64,000 nucleotides of DNA from Paraphysomonas bandaiensis (Eukaryota; Protista; Chrysophyceae), in the NCBI GenBank assembly GCA_965644295.1, contig CBFFRP010000134.1, forward strand, positions 62,001-126,000, written 5' to 3'. Of the stretch, positions 1 through 14,030 are shown in pieces (position 1 is the stretch's first letter; every line of letters starts with the position of its first letter). The translations under genes were made by a program, and so were the position numbers. The notes under the pieces were generated by a model. That model saw only the letters and a program-made list of their open reading frames with translations. It made no database searches and had not been told where the DNA came from.

Positions 1-270
1 GTTGAAGGTAGCACGGGAGAGCTCTTTCTGCACATCTTCGTCATCATAATTCCGTCCAACAAGCAATTTCATGCAAGTAATTGTGTTGCGAATATTTGAT
101 CGTATCATAGCAGCAGCAGCATCACCAAAAAATCTCTGTTTCCCTTGAAACGAGATGCAAGTAGCAGTTTGACGCATTGATGCATCATTGAGCACCATAT
201 CAACACCACCTTTACCCGCTTGTGATACAAGCGCATTGAGATTACCAAAATCAATACCACACACACTCAT
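1..270 (-). CDS. Hsp110/SSE-type Hsp70-family chaperone, 5' end (runs off window)
   Basis: Manual translation gives MSVCGIDFGNLNALVSQAGKGGVDMVLNDASMRQTATCISFQGKQRFFGDAA..., the typical Hsp110/HSPA4 N-terminus (GIDFG, N..S.R.T). Confidence 0.9.
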   Translation of the reverse strand, partial: MSVCGIDFGNLNALVSQAGKGGVDMVLNDASMRQTATCISFQGKQRFFGDAAAAMIRSNIRNTITCMKLLVGRNYDDEDVQKELSRATFN

Positions 271-905
271 TTTTCTAATCACCACTTAAATTATTTGTGT
301 ACTAACAAGAATATGAAGAGGATGGAGAAGAAAATATTGTCAAGTCTACATAATTCTTCATAGAAAAAAATCGAAGTGATGTAATGAAACCTGTGGCCCC
401 ACACTGCACAAGAGTGTCATGTGTTGTTATTTACTATAGGATCGAAGTTTCGAGAATTGACAACCTCAATTCCAGAAATATATCTTGAAGGGTTCAAGTG
501 ACTGAAAATGAAAAGATCATATGGGAGATTTAGATGGTGTGTAGTTTGGAATACATACAGTAGTTGAGGTATGTATGATTTATTTCCATAGGAATACCGT
601 AAATACAGAAGTGTATACTATGTATGCACAGAGGTATGTATTTGTGTTGCACGTTGACCGGGAAGCAAGTGTCGTATGCGTGTGTGAGGGTATGTATGTA
701 TCATGCATGTACAGTCCCGTCGTATGTATATATACATATGCAGACAGCAGTGTAGTGATGGAGTATATACACATATGTGGTGTGTAAAACTGGACATTAA
801 TAACAATCTCTATACACTTAATCATCACTCCATCCCCCCAATCCCACTCATATTTCACAGACACATTTCCATCACCAGTCACATATATTCACTACACACA
901 TTATC

Positions 906-2102
906 ATGGCAGCTATTGTTGATGAAGTGCACGCACAAGTAGAGTCTGTTCTTGACGAAGATCACGGAGACTTTGTAAGAGCATCAAATGAAGATGTTAT
1001 GGTTAAAATGCTGGTCACCGATAACATTGCTGGTGCGATTATTGGTAGAGAGGGATCTACTATAATGGAACTTCAGCGTGAAACTGGAGCGCGTGTGAAA
1101 GTATCACAGGCGTCTGATTTTTTCCCTGGGACATCCGAGCGCACTATTCTTCTGGCCGGGTCGATGAACTCTGTCCTACAAGTCCAGGAACTGATATGGC
1201 AAAAAATATCGGAGGTATTTACCTCATTCTTTTTTTATTTTATTATGTGATTTTGTTTTTTAGTTCAGTAAATCACGGGACGGTTCGGGTGGACATAATA
1301 ACAATTCCGTCACTGGAAAGCTACTCATACCCTACGACTGCGGTGGACTGATAATTGGCCGCGGCGGTACTACTATCCGCTATATACAAGAAGAATCATC
1401 TGCGCGTGTACAAATTACGTCTAAGGAAAATGATGCCTCTAAAATTTCCCGGGAACGGGTGATGACTATCTCTGGCACACTCGATGCGTGCGTCAAGGCG
1501 TCTGAGCTGGTATTCCTGAAAATGATGGAAGATCCTTTAACTACTTACCACAACAAGAGTACTTCGTACCCTCGTTTGTTTCCTGGTGCCAAGCTAGGGG
1601 AGGCCGTGAATAGCCGTGTGGCTACCGCGGCTAATATGCCTGGGTTATCCCTACCCACTGGTGCTGAGACCCTATCAGCTACCTCCACCATCGAGATTGC
1701 AGGTGCAGTATGAAATATTTGTTTAGCCACCACTTCTCTTACAGTGTGTTGTAGTTCCGAATTCACTGGTGGGGTATATTTTGGGTAAACGTGGTGCCAT
1801 GATAAGAGAGATCCAGCAGATAAGTGGGGCAAAGGTTATTGTCTCAAAGCGGTAAGTTGAGCACTCCACTTATTCCAAGGTGTATGTGAATTAGATTTGT
1901 GCAGGCCTGAGCGTAAGGACGGAGAGGATGAAGCCGACAACGATGCAATTCGCACTGTAACCATTACTGGTAATCCTGCTCAGGCACAAATGGCCCAATT
2001 GCTTGTGACACAGAAACTTCAGCTGGTGCGTTTTTCATTCATTGACTAGCTTTTACCTGATTGACTGTCGCGCAGGCACGCAATGGCAATGACCGCCGTT
2101 AA
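906..2102 (+). CDS. Triple KH-domain RNA-binding protein (Nova/PCBP/BTR1-like), 5 exons
   Basis: Three GxxG loops: IIGREG, IIGRGG, ILGKRG. GT-AG introns at about 1215-1263, 1703-1754, 1852-1904 and 2026-2075 restore one frame, with TAA at 2100-2102. Confidence 0.88.
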
Positions 2103-3303
2103 TACGGAAGTGCTTCTCTTTACACACAAGAACCCCGTTCATTTTAGTACCAGCGCAGTAGATGAATAGTAGTTGCCTTCCAGTGAAACCCATTCCACCT
2201 CCCTGCCTCTCTGTGTCTGCTCCCTTCGCTGAACAGTTCTTCGTCCCGCACTCCCGATTTGATGCTGCTTCTTTGCATTGTGACATTCTATGTGCATCGC
2301 ATTCATACATCGTTTAGTACTTATCTTCACAAGTAGTTACCTATAATTGACACAGATAGCATCTAGTTTGCATATTTTGTCTTCCATCTCAGCCTTTCAA
2401 CACAGTAGTTCAAATAGTAGCATGATTCCTTCATGTTTAATGTTATTCATACTTATAATTAACGTAATGCAATGCAATGACATTTTCAGGCGTTTCGTAC
2501 ATGATGTAAACTAGGGCTAGGGGACAATATGTTGTAAACTCCTGTAGCTGTGCATAATTATTATTTTGTTGGTAGAGATTCTTCTACTGCGTATATACCA
2601 TAAATTTCAAACACGCTGGTGTACTGCTGCGTGTGACTTCCTAATTCTTAGCTTACTTCTTACTCACGATGATTACGCTTCAATATCAAGTATTCCAATG
2701 TCTGGCTCAGCTTATCAATTATTCGGATACTGAGGTTTTGTTACTCTAACCACAACTCGTACAAACTACAAACGTTCTTATTTGGAAGCTTTTTTGAATC
2801 CTAGATGTAAAAAAATATATAGATTCAATATATATTTATACATAGCTATTGCACTGTACTGTACAAGTAACACAGATTACTCTATATAAGCCATAGAGAG
2901 GATGAAACACATTTAATAAACATGTGCCATTGATAGAAGAGTGCTTGCCCTAAGAGAGTGTCTTGTTGTTCCTCTGAATCTGCAATATCTCAGGGGGGTT
3001 AGTGGTTAGTATTTGTATGGACGATCATCATGTATCGTCATCTATCTTTATGTCCCTCTTGCTGTATGCCTGTGTAAGTATAGTATACAGTGCTGTGTAT
3101 ATGCTGCTTGGTGTCCCATACAGGCCTGTACAGGTCCATGGAATACCGGAATACAATGAAATACGCTACTTCTCATCTCATCCACGCAGAAAGCGTATAG
3201 AAGTGTACATCATCATCAGCAGAGCGTATATATGGAGTGGCGTGTGTATAGGCATGTCCGTGTACATCCTGCTGTATAGAGCAGTGAGAGGTGCCATACA
3301 TTA

Positions 3304-4644
3304 ATGTCCACATCTACTGACCATATCACCACAATGGATGTCAATAAGTACACCACATGGGCTACACGTGAACTGGGAATCACCTTCCTGAAGTGTTTGA
3401 ACCTCGTATCAATGCCTGGAGATGAGCGTGGAGTGTTCTGTGGAGAGCCCGTTGCTCCCAACACATCGATCTTAAAGATCCCCTTTAAGAGCCTGTTATC
3501 CTGCTGTTCCGTAAATGAAACAGATACACCATTATATGGACTTGTATCTTCATTAAGAGAAGATGATTTCTTGGCTCTGTATCTTTTACATGAGAGGTTT
3601 AACTGTAAAGAGAGGTCGAAGTGGTACATGCATATGAATCAACTGCCGTCCAGCTATCACAGTATCATAAACTACACTGATGAAGAGCTTGAAATGATCA
3701 AAGGATCAAACTTATATGTTACTGCTATATCATGGAAAGCGCAGGTCAGGTCAGATTATGAGGCCCTTCTAGTGGCTATATCCGACATAGATGAGAACTT
3801 CACGTGGTTAACTTTTGAATTATACCTTTGGGCACTGTGCACAATATGGTCGCGCTTCGTTACTGTAGAGAGGAACGGAATACAATATCGCTGCATGGTA
3901 CCCTATTTTGATATGCTCAATCACAATCCAGCCTCTAAAGTGGGCCATTTTTATAAGGACGATTCACTTTTTTTGTTCACCGAGGAGAGCTTCTCTGAGG
4001 GGCAGGAGTTGGTTCTCAATTACGGCCCCCTCTCGAATACGAAGTTGTTGATGCTGTATGGATTTTGCATCCCTCCTATAATAGGTAATCCGTATGACTC
4101 AGTTGATCTGTGGGCTACAATGAGTCCGGCAGCTCCACATTACGAAGACAAACAAAGACTTCTCTCGGACTGGGGAATAATGCATGAATCAACACCATTT
4201 GTATTGAGGGACTGTGAAGAAGGGTGTGGGGTACCGTCGTCACTCATTATTTGTCTACGAGTACAGTATGCAGAGGTGGCAGGGGATGATTGCCTCCAGC
4301 GGATGGGACAGGCTAAAGATGGGCCACTTTCTGAGAGATCGGAGGGAATAGTGTGTCAGTTGCTTCTGTCGGCGTTGGAAGGAATGCTGGATGGGTACAG
4401 TAGCGCTATTGAAGATGATCTTTCTCAGCTACAGCTCTGGAATCTGTCCCGTGATTGCCATTCTCTCGATTCTGTAGGTAGTAGTTCTGATGGGAAAATA
4501 AGTGAGGCATTTATCCCTCCATCTGAAAGAGTGAAAAATGCTGTTATTATGCGTTACTCCGAGAAAAAAGTTTTAAATAGTGTTATTTCGTGGGTTGAGG
4601 CAAACAGTAGTAATCTTACGCCATCAACATCAGGAGCGCCTTGA
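3304..4644 (+). CDS. SET-domain lysine methyltransferase, Rubisco-LSMT/SETD3-like class, intronless
   Basis: Motifs ERGVF, WALCTIWSR, MVPYFDMLNH and LNYG..SN..LL..YGF, followed by an LSMT substrate-binding-like C-terminus. Start may be at 3334. Confidence 0.9.
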   Translation: MSTSTDHITTMDVNKYTTWATRELGITFLKCLNLVSMPGDERGVFCGEPVAPNTSILKIPFKSLLSCCSVNETDTPLYGLVSSLREDDFLALYLLHERFNCKERSKWYMHMNQLPSSYHSIINYTDEELEMIKGSNLYVTAISWKAQVRSDYEALLVAISDIDENFTWLTFELYLWALCTIWSRFVTVERNGIQYRCMVPYFDMLNHNPASKVGHFYKDDSLFLFTEESFSEGQELVLNYGPLSNTKLLMLYGFCIPPIIGNPYDSVDLWATMSPAAPHYEDKQRLLSDWGIMHESTPFVLRDCEEGCGVPSSLIICLRVQYAEVAGDDCLQRMGQAKDGPLSERSEGIVCQLLLSALEGMLDGYSSAIEDDLSQLQLWNLSRDCHSLDSVGSSSDGKISEAFIPPSERVKNAVIMRYSEKKVLNSVISWVEANSSNLTPSTSGAP

Positions 4645-5395
4645 CTAAATTGTATTTCTGCTAATTACTAATGATAAAAGAATGTGCGTTTTCTGTGATA
4701 TTCTGAAGAGTAGTATACAGGTGGATAACTTCGTACATCTGTAAGTGAAGTATAATTTCGTATTATTACAATTACTACATCTATCAGTACAGCGCAACCC
4801 AAGGGTATATTGTACTTATATATTGGACTAAATCAGAGTTTAGACGGGAAGAGTTTCAGTCAAGCTTTCAACACTTAGTACTTCCTCAGTTCTCAGTTGG
4901 CCTGACAAGACGTATGCTGAACTAGTCCGAAATTATGCTCGAGCTCAGCTGCTCAGTTCAGAACAATAGACTTGACTATATATCCACAACGTCCCGTTAC
5001 TAGAACACCTATTCAGTGCAAAGAAACCTATTGCTAGTTGCTGTAGTATTGGCAGGATATTGCTAAGCTTTATTTTTCACGTCATTAAGTATGTGTACTA
5101 GTAACTAGTAAAGCTAGATGCTGTGAACTTCTAACTACAAAGGGACCACTCAATGCTTATGAGTCCAAAGAGCATAGTTCTGCACTGATATAGCAACCTA
5201 ATAGTTTACAACATACCAATTTATGTAACAAATTGTCCAGATACATGGAATGTATTGTGTCTATGATTGCTACAATTATTAGGAACACAGCTTCGGCAAT
5301 ACATCTAGTATAAGGAAAGAAACTATAAACGGTATCCACTACCATTATACGGTAATATAGAAAACCACTTCAGAGACCAAAATGACCATCAACTA

Positions 5396-8300
5396 TTACC
5401 TCCGAGGTCTTCGTCCCCCTTGTCCCATTCCTCCCCCCCTGTTCCCACCATCCCTGAAATCCCCACCTCTACCTCCTCTCTGCGGTCCACCGCGACCTCC
5501 ACCTCCATGTCTACCACCACCAAACCGGTTATCTCTTCTCTCTGCATCGTTCATAGGATGACCACCCTGTCCATGATCCATATGACCCCGTGGCATAGGG
5601 GGGGGCGGAGGTTTAACCTGTCTCCCAGACCCACCTGGATGCGGTGGATGGTGGGGTGGCGGCGGTGGGCCTCTACCATCGCGGGAACCAGTGTGTCCTT
5701 CTCCAGCAGGGCCACTTGTGCGAGGGCGCTTAGCATTGTTCGCTGCTATCCCACTCTTCTGAACCTCCGACTGATTTTCATTACTGGACATATGCATAAG
5801 TAAAGTTACCGAAAACTATTTATGACAACGCATCACGCATACAGCATGCATGCTTACAACAGCACAAACCTAGAAGAATTTTTCTGTGAAGAATTCGAGC
5901 GGTCCGCCTCGGCGGGCTTATCAGATGATTGTACGGACGAAACTTCACCTAGTTCAGCCTCGTCTCGGTTACGCTTTCCGCGCACAGATGACTTAGATGT
6001 CTTCAAATCTTCCTCCTTGGGCTTTTCTTTTTCCTTTTCCTTCTCTTTGCCTTTGGATGAAGAATCTTTTGCGCTACTGCGGCTGGAACTACGACTGCGG
6101 CTAGCAACAGGTTTGTCATTCTTCGATGCATCACGGGACTTCTTCGCATCCGCATCTCTTGAGTCTGATCGTTTGTTACCGCTAGATTCATCTTTCGAGT
6201 TTGATTTGCTGTTGTTATCCACCTTATCTGACCTATCCATGCGCAAATTCTTCGCGCTAGGAGCGGATACGTCATCCTTATTGCTACCATTAGGAGCAGA
6301 CTGGGGAGCTGACTCGCCCTGGTGCGCAAGAGGCCGCTTACGATTGGAACTTGCCGCTGCAGCAGCTTTGGCACTCTCGAGATCCCCTTTCTTACTTGCA
6401 GGTCCTGTGTCGGACTTTTTCCCGCCATTCCCCCCTACACTCTCCTCTGTCTTCCTGTTAGCAGCCCCACCCTCTGATTTCTTCGAGGAAGAAGCTCCAT
6501 TACTGGTGTTTTCAAGAGCTTTTTTAGATGTTGTGTCTGTCTTCGTGGAATCTTCTGCCGGTTTCTTGACAGTTGGAGCTGGTCGCTTCTTCTCCTTCAC
6601 TTCATCATCAAGCCACATCGCACTTCGCTTCTTTAAAATAGCACCTAGGCTCCTCGCCATGATCTTTAGATCTTCCAGGTCACCTTTTTCAATGCTTTCG
6701 ATGCAGGACATGATAAGCTTTCCAGCCGTTGTTTTAGACGGGAATTGTTCCGCCACTTTCGACAAAAACACCAACGCAGAGCGCATGTGCATATATTCCA
6801 CACTCTTTAGACAAGATACAACCGTGCTGCATAACCTCCTGTGCCATATCTGTACAATGTGCTTTACTTTTCAGATCCAGGAAAGAAATACATGCAGTAC
6901 CTTGCAGACGTTCAGAAATTCATCGTGCGATGCTCTGCTGTCAACGTTTTTCGCACCAAATGTTTTCTCCATACCACATTTGGAGCGAGCCTCCTTTGCG
7001 TATGCAGATTTACTTGCAATCCATCTGAGTCAAGTGTCACACAGAAAACTCTCAACAACTGTAGACTTACCTGTTACAATTCTCCAAGAGATCATTAACG
7101 TAGAACCCTAAGAAACCTGCCTCGTACTCCGTTGAACAGAATAAAATTGGGGCAATGGTCTTCATTGTCTTATCGATAAAATGAATGGTAGAAAATCCAG
7201 GGGTCTCTTGGGCATGCAAAAGCATAAAAAACTGGCTACAGAAAACTGCATCGGCAGGCGACATAAGAACACGTTGATAGACACAGTGCTGCATAATGTT
7301 TTCAGTCGTCTTTGGTGAGTTATCTGTCGGTACGTGCTTTAGGTAAGAATCCTTTTTGGCAGCTATCATAGCACGGACAAGGTCAACGTGCTTCTTCTGT
7401 GCATCCTGCTCATCTTTTAGTGTATTAGTGAGGTTTAGAACTTTAGTCATTTCTGCACGACGCTGCTTTTGTCCCTGACGATCCTCGTGCGGTTGAGCCC
7501 TGTCCAATTCACTGTACCTCTCTTTCAAGCGGCGGATTTCGGCTTCATACTTGGACTTAGGCAAAAATACATCATAGAGAGAGAGACTCCAAAAAGTAAG
7601 GTAAAGCTCGGGTGATAAAGAATTCCACACATCGGCTGGGAGGTGCTGACATACTACGTCGCGTAGTTCGGTGCAGAGTGGGTGCCACCTCTGCAGTGCG
7701 GGTGGTGCGGCCGACGGGTCTTCTCCGTGCTGTTGGGCAGCACGAATAAGTGGTCGAACCAACTGAAATGCCACCGGCACGGCCAAACCAATGTCATTAA
7801 GCAGAGACTGCATTGATGGCATCAGCTCGACCACAGACTCTATGCTCTTGGAATCTCCTCCAAGAAGGAAGTCGGTGAATTGCATCAACACATCCTGACA
7901 AGTGTCGTACAGATACGAAATGAGCTTCAGCTGTGACGGCCCCGTCTTGAAGATAATATTGCTGCGGCACTGAGCGATAAGGAATAGCAATGGTATAGCA
8001 GTCCCAGAGGAGAGCATCGTCTCGCGCAGAGTGCGAGCAGCCTTCTTGTTGACATTATCTTTGACTTGGGCACCCATGACTTCTCCTTGCAGTGCCCGTC
8101 CTCCCGCTAGCCCTTCTATCTGCTGCGAGGATACTTCAAGTACAGTATCACAGCCTCCCATGCGACCTAAGAGTTCTTTGAGCACCAATAAGTCCAGCGA
8201 TTCACCAGTGGACATCCTTTCTAGCAAATAGTGTAGCAGTCCGTGAAGTTCTGTATTCTGGTAACGCCTGGTGCCAAAACCCGGTAAGGACATATACAAC

Positions 8301-10735
8301 ACTACAAGATGACCTACTTGTAAAACGCTCCAATAAACTTCGATAGAGCTGAAAACCAGCCTGAGTAATGGGTATCACCTGGCTTCAATTTGTTCGAGTC
8401 TTTTCTCAGCTGATTGAGAAGAATGTAAGCCATAGCATCCTTGGCAAGTTCAGTGGTGTATTTAAGAGCGTCCACAACAAACGGAATCATGTTATCGTAC
8501 ACCTCGATCTGGCCCAGAATGTGATCAAAGACAACCAACGGACAAGAGTGTGTTGACATGGCAATAAATCTGCCAGCATGTTTGGTGTTGTCCTTGGATA
8601 GTCTCTTCAGATGAGATTTCGCGCTGTGCAGTGCTTTGGTCTCAGCAAACACAACAGCAAGTGGCTTGCAGTCCACACCCTACAGCTTTTTATTAGAAGA
8701 GTTAGCTTGAAAAGTACAATACCTTCTTCGCGAGTCCTCCTCCCTTCCATGCATTGTAAAACTGAAAACGCGCCTCAAATGGAAATAAAGCTATCACACC
8801 CCAAACGAGCGTGGTAATTGCTGGATTGCATTCGACACAAGACAGAGACGGCAGCAGAACCTCTGATACTATCTGCTTGATACTCTCCCCTTCAGCACTG
8901 GATTTATCTTCTAGGCATTGCATACGTGCTTTTAGCAGCCTGCATATTTGGGTGAAGACCCTCTTGTTGGAGGAGAGATGGTAACCAATCTCGAAAAGCA
9001 TGGGTGCCGCCTCATGCACAAGTGAATCGATTGATTCTGTCTGCATACACTGGAGAGAGCTGTGGTTGCTATCTTCCGACACTACCTCCATAGCATTCTC
9101 ATCTACCTCAGCGTTTCTATCGTGGGGAATTTGTACATCGACAATTCCAGAGTCAGATGAGTGTCGAGACTTACCAATAGCAAGTCTTCCGAGTCCCATA
9201 GGACGGTACAACAGCTCTAATCGCCATTCAATCAACGCAATCAAAGCACATCGAGCGTCTTCAAACTCAAATGGGTCGATGTCTACGACATATCAGAGAA
9301 GTGAATATCGCGTACACAGAGAGTAAAAATTGATTAAACCTGATATTGATCGGAGCATACAGATCAGCTGCTTTGCAAGGGTCCAATTCCTGATAAGTAG
9401 AGCCGCCGCTAGAAGACCGACGATCTGATTTCCCTCTGCGAATGAATTTTCCGCGTTTGTCGCGTCCCCCGCCTCAGCATCCACACCACCAGTGGTCTTA
9501 TCTGATGCGGATGAATTGTCCTATAAGTAGAATGACGGGTGTTACAATATCAAATGAAATTATCAAGTGCGCAGCCCGATAACACGTTTAGGCGCATACT
9601 AGACTTAGGCACCGACAATGTACCGACCTTCCGGGAGTCTCCAGATGGTTTACTTGCTAGACTGATTACGCCGTACGACATAATCTCACTTTTGAAAATG
9701 GCGCTGCGCTGGTTTCTTATAGTTTTGGTGTCCTCCAGTGATGGAGAAAGATACGACAGTATTTGTTCCAAGCTGATGAGCCCTGAACTGATTAGTACAG
9801 CGGCCAGGATGTAAAGGGACCTAGGTGCCCCACTGGTAGTGTATTGGGAAAACTTGAAGCCCAATATATGCGCAATATTTGCATGCCGGAAATTTCTGAG
9901 TACCTGCAGGTAGGACGTGTTCCAGACCTGCTGCTCCATTACATCCAAAGTGAGGTCCATGACACGGTTAGGATCCAGATCAAAGTAACCTGAACAATTA
10001 TATATTAAACCCGATGTCTTCAAGAGTGTGAACACTTTACCTATTACAGAAGCAATATTCTTGATGTGAAAAGAAGGGTCTTCCGGAGGCGGAGGTAGAC
10101 CAGAGAGAATAGTAAGAAGTTTCGAATATCCCTCAGTCTCTTCTCTCAGTAGATTGTATTTGTCTTGCCGGTACACTAAGCTGGTATTGATTCTTACAAG
10201 CCGTTTCTGAAGACCAGTTTCGTCAGACCACAAACCAGAGCCCACAAGAAGGTTGAGCTCAAGAGATTTCTTCAGCTGATCTATCGCCACGCACTTTGCA
10301 ATGAACAGCTCCTTGACAAAGGAGCATAACCGTGTCCATCTCTCTGTCGGCTTTGAACCATCACTACCAGCTTCAGGAGACATCTAATGTTAATACACAC
10401 AAAATCTTACAATTATCACGAATACACACTTCCTGTAATTAAACCTGTGTGCCCCAGAACCACAAGATATCAACCAGTGAAGACTTAAAGCTATCTGATG
10501 ACGACAACTCACTGGAGTTAATTATACTTATCGCCTGTTTGTAGTCAACTAATCCATATACAACACATCCAATCAAATCAGTCAATACATCATCGCCTTC
10601 AACAGATGTATTTTCTTCTGGATTCTTGTGTTGTAAAGCTATTTTCTCTTTAAATAAATTGATAGTCTCATCCGCTACTGCACTGTCTCCTGCTATCCCT
10701 CCATTAGGGAATAATATATGAGACACCCAATTCAT
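5396..10735 (-). CDS. THOC2: THO complex subunit 2, multi-exon
   Basis: Motifs YRQDKYNLLREETEGYSKL, GYFDLDPNRV, LKRLSKDN, IEVYDNMI, FWSLSLYD and EYMHMRSAL, with a long K/S/R-rich tail. The ORF pieces join through canonical GT-AG introns, and the first in-frame ATG is at 10735. Confidence 0.93.
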
Positions 10736-11794
10736 TTCACTCTCCCAATATTGCAACACGAGAAATGAAGGAGATTGATGGTATTATATCAGTGCACTGA
10801 GCAAGACCTCGTCAGGTTATGTATGTGTATGATTGTAGTCGACAGCAATGTCTATCACACACACAGCAGGCATACCTGCACACGTACCTATGCACACACA
10901 GCATGCATACATACACACTTCTCGTGTATGTACCTATGCACACACAACAGGCATACACAGGAGGGGTATAATGTACTTACACACTGTATACTGTACCTAT
11001 AAACACATAGAGGAGTACGATGATGACTGCTCTAGCTAGATATACACATCCACAAACACACATGTACTGCTGTATCTAGCTAGATCTGCCAAGCAAGATA
11101 TAACACACAGAGCAATACATAAATAGGGCTCACAGCCAACACTTGCACACACTTGCTTATTTAAATTTCTTGTGTCGTCATCCTGTATTCCTATTACGTT
11201 ATGTAGACACTGTTTTCATGCCGGCAACAGTCGCAAGTGTCGAATAGTCAAGTCAAAGTGGAATGTACATTTCATCATAGTCTCCAACAATAAACTCTAG
11301 CCATAAGATATATATCGAAATTATTACCTCACTTAGTAAACCAATTATGGTACCCCTCTACTTTATAGCTGCATCAAATAGAGTATCAGAATGTGTTTTC
11401 AATTCACTGGCTAACGCCTCACAACTGTAATAATCAATCAGTACTATATTTGTATCTATCGATCTGATACTATAATATACATTGAATGCGTTTTGCTAAA
11501 TACGCCGAACGCAAACAACCTAAAGTTTTTTTTTCGCCCAGACGCCTTCCTCCACCATGCCGATCATATCTTTTTTCTATCTGGCAATTGAATTCATCCC
11601 GTATAGTAATCCTTCAAGTAATACATCGCTTGAAAAAGGTATAAACTATGAGTTCCACAGTTCTTTCCGTTGTCCTTGTTAATTGAAACCTTTGCGCACT
11701 ATTCGAGTGAACGCTTAGAATAGTCCCTCTCTTGCAGAGTCATCAAGATACGAGTCGAGCCCAAGAACAGTGCTACTCATTCGTATACAATTAA

Positions 11795-12419
11795 AGGAGT
11801 GGATACTTTTGCCCAGTGTTCCACAGCAGCGCTGACAGGTATAGGTATAGCCTTTTCATGATCACTTATCACATCATGTAACCACTGATGGAGCATGTAT
11901 GGGCGTTTGTTGGACAGGTTTTACACATCACTCATACACTCATAAGCCCACTTGTTCGGGTTTCACGTAAGCTACTCTTATACGAATTCTGTACAGTGTA
12001 CAGTGTAAATCAGTTGTTAACAGCATCTTTCGTTGATCAATTGAAACGCCAGCTACAAGCTACAACATTGATAATGCCAATTAAAAAGGATATTATATTA
12101 TGAAATAACTGCTTTTAATATCGACTAGTCAGCAAAAATATGTTAAATGGGATACATCTAATCTAGTGGTGAAGGCACACGATTTCAAAATCAGTTCAGA
12201 TATGAGCGGTATTAACTTACAACTTACAGCATTAGAACAGTATTGACGAATCGCTGATTTCAACAGTATTTTGGGTGTATGAGTTATGTGTAAAACCTGT
12301 CCAACAAACGCCCATACATGCTCCATCAGTGGTTACATGATGTGATAAGTGATCATGAAAAGGCTGTACCTATACCTGTCAACACTACTGTGGAACACTG
12401 GGCAAAAGTATTCACTCCT
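11795..12419. mobile_element. MITE with 145-bp terminal inverted repeats, Kolobok-like (TTAA target)
   Basis: 11795-11939 is the near-exact reverse complement of 12275-12419. The element is flanked by TTAA (11791-11794) and TTCA (12420-12423), with termini AGG...CCT. Confidence 0.8.
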
Positions 12420-12802
12420 TTCAACTTGCACAAACTCACGGCGCTGTCACTACATTTTCATAAAAGACGTTTACTAATTCCGGCACCAATTTTTTATGTA
12501 CTGATTCCTAATTAGAAAATAATTACAAAATTAATACACAATATTGTTAATAATAATTGTACTACAAGTGGGGCTTTAGTGGGATAAGTTCTATGCATTG
12601 CTTCTGGGAATAACATTGCCAGTATTATTATGTCAGTAAGAGGGAAAATCTAGAATCATTATTCCACAAAGCCATTAAGATAAACGTGAACAATACATTA
12701 CATGGTTAGTTCGCGCACAATATGCAACATATAGACAGTGCTGGTATGCATCATGATTTGGTGCATTGTCAAAATTAAAACTACTATTCACAAGAACGTT
12801 GA

Positions 12803-13534
12803 CTATTTCTCCATACGCTTTAACTCTGCGACTCTCTGAGCTATCTCGGCCCTTACAGCTGACGTTTCACTCGCAGAAGCTCCAATTTCATTCATACTTT
12901 GTAGAAACTCACACCTTTCATCAATCTCTTGGGCGAGCTGATTAGCCATCATTTCCCGATGCGACAACTCACGAGGTGGCTGGGGTGGGGCGGATGGTGC
13001 TCCGCGACGATATTTCGAGCGCACTTTCTCCATTCTTTCCGCCTCCTTTCGTCTTGCTTCCAATTCAAATGGAGCATCACCAACCGGTTGCGTCAGTTCA
13101 CTCGGAAGGCCCTTTCCACCTTTGTATGCGCAAATTTGGGAATATTTGTCTTTCTCGGCATCTGTGGAAACAGGTTTGACATAGGCGGGTCGATAGTGGT
13201 TCTTTCTCATTGTAATATCCTGTATCTCATCCTTTATTAACGCCTCCTGGCGACGCCGTGGAACACAATTAATAGCAGATATGGGACCCATACTTGGTTT
13301 GCCGCACTTGGGCACAGCCACATTAACTGCTTTCCTAGTAGCCTTCCTGGGATCCACGGCATTCGGTTTCCCTCCACAGGGTAAAAAAGGGTCAGTAGCT
13401 TGCTTTGGTTTTGTTTTTGGTTTAGGATAATTTATTTTTGGTCTTCCTTCATTGCCATATATTTTACTCATTAAGCCTCCTAGTTCAGTGCCATGGAATT
13501 GCTTCCAGTTGTCCATTGTCTCATCGTTATCCAT
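12803..13534 (-). CDS. UPF0193 / EVG1 (C22orf23)-like protein, intronless
   Basis: The C-terminal QLAQEIDERCEFLQSMNEIG...VRAEIAQRVAELKRME matches the recalled UPF0193 pattern (EI.ER.EFL..M..LG...EI.Q...E). Likely ATG at 13534. Confidence 0.7.
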   Translation of the reverse strand: MDNDETMDNWKQFHGTELGGLMSKIYGNEGRPKINYPKPKTKPKQATDPFLPCGGKPNAVDPRKATRKAVNVAVPKCGKPSMGPISAINCVPRRRQEALIKDEIQDITMRKNHYRPAYVKPVSTDAEKDKYSQICAYKGGKGLPSELTQPVGDAPFELEARRKEAERMEKVRSKYRRGAPSAPPQPPRELSHREMMANQLAQEIDERCEFLQSMNEIGASASETSAVRAEIAQRVAELKRMEK

Positions 13535-14030
13535 TTCTCTATATGGGTACTGTAAGTAATTGCTCTCTGATACTAAAGAGTTTCTTGAATGGTACCTTTT
13601 GACTGTCACTGAGCCATAAGTTTACTCTCTAATAACTGTTGTTCTATTTGAATACTCTCCTACTAACATATATATATATATGCACTGCTGTATGCCTGTG
13701 TGCTGTATATCATATCATCGTATGCTCATATACGGTGATGTATATCTGTGTACTGTACTTGTACTGCAGCAATATATCAGTTACTTTCAGCAGTACAAAA
13801 ACAAAAACAATTTCAGTTTACAGAAAGTTTAATATCATCACTTCGACTTCACTGCACTTTTCCACACTTCATCATTCAGTTCTGATAATATATGAGAAGT
13901 GACGTATAAGAAGATACTTACAAGTGTCCTTCAGCAGACACATGTCATGAATAGTGTATAGTGGGATCTCCATATATTAGAGCATCAATATGTTATTGTC
14001 TATGTATAGTGTATAACTTCAGTCTATACT

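Noticed and set aside
4830-5130. CTAG-rich stretch weakly resembling the retroelement tail
   Set aside because: Similarity is limited to a few short words.
5822-7111. 429-aa ORF on the + strand
   Set aside because: Antisense shadow of the low-complexity K/S/E-rich THOC2 tail, with no recognisable motifs.
11200-11790. Possible decayed transposase or gene remnant
   Set aside because: No consistent frame or motif.
11888-12515. Twin ORFs starting MEHVWAFVGQVLHITHT on opposite strands
   Set aside because: Products of the MITE terminal inverted repeats.
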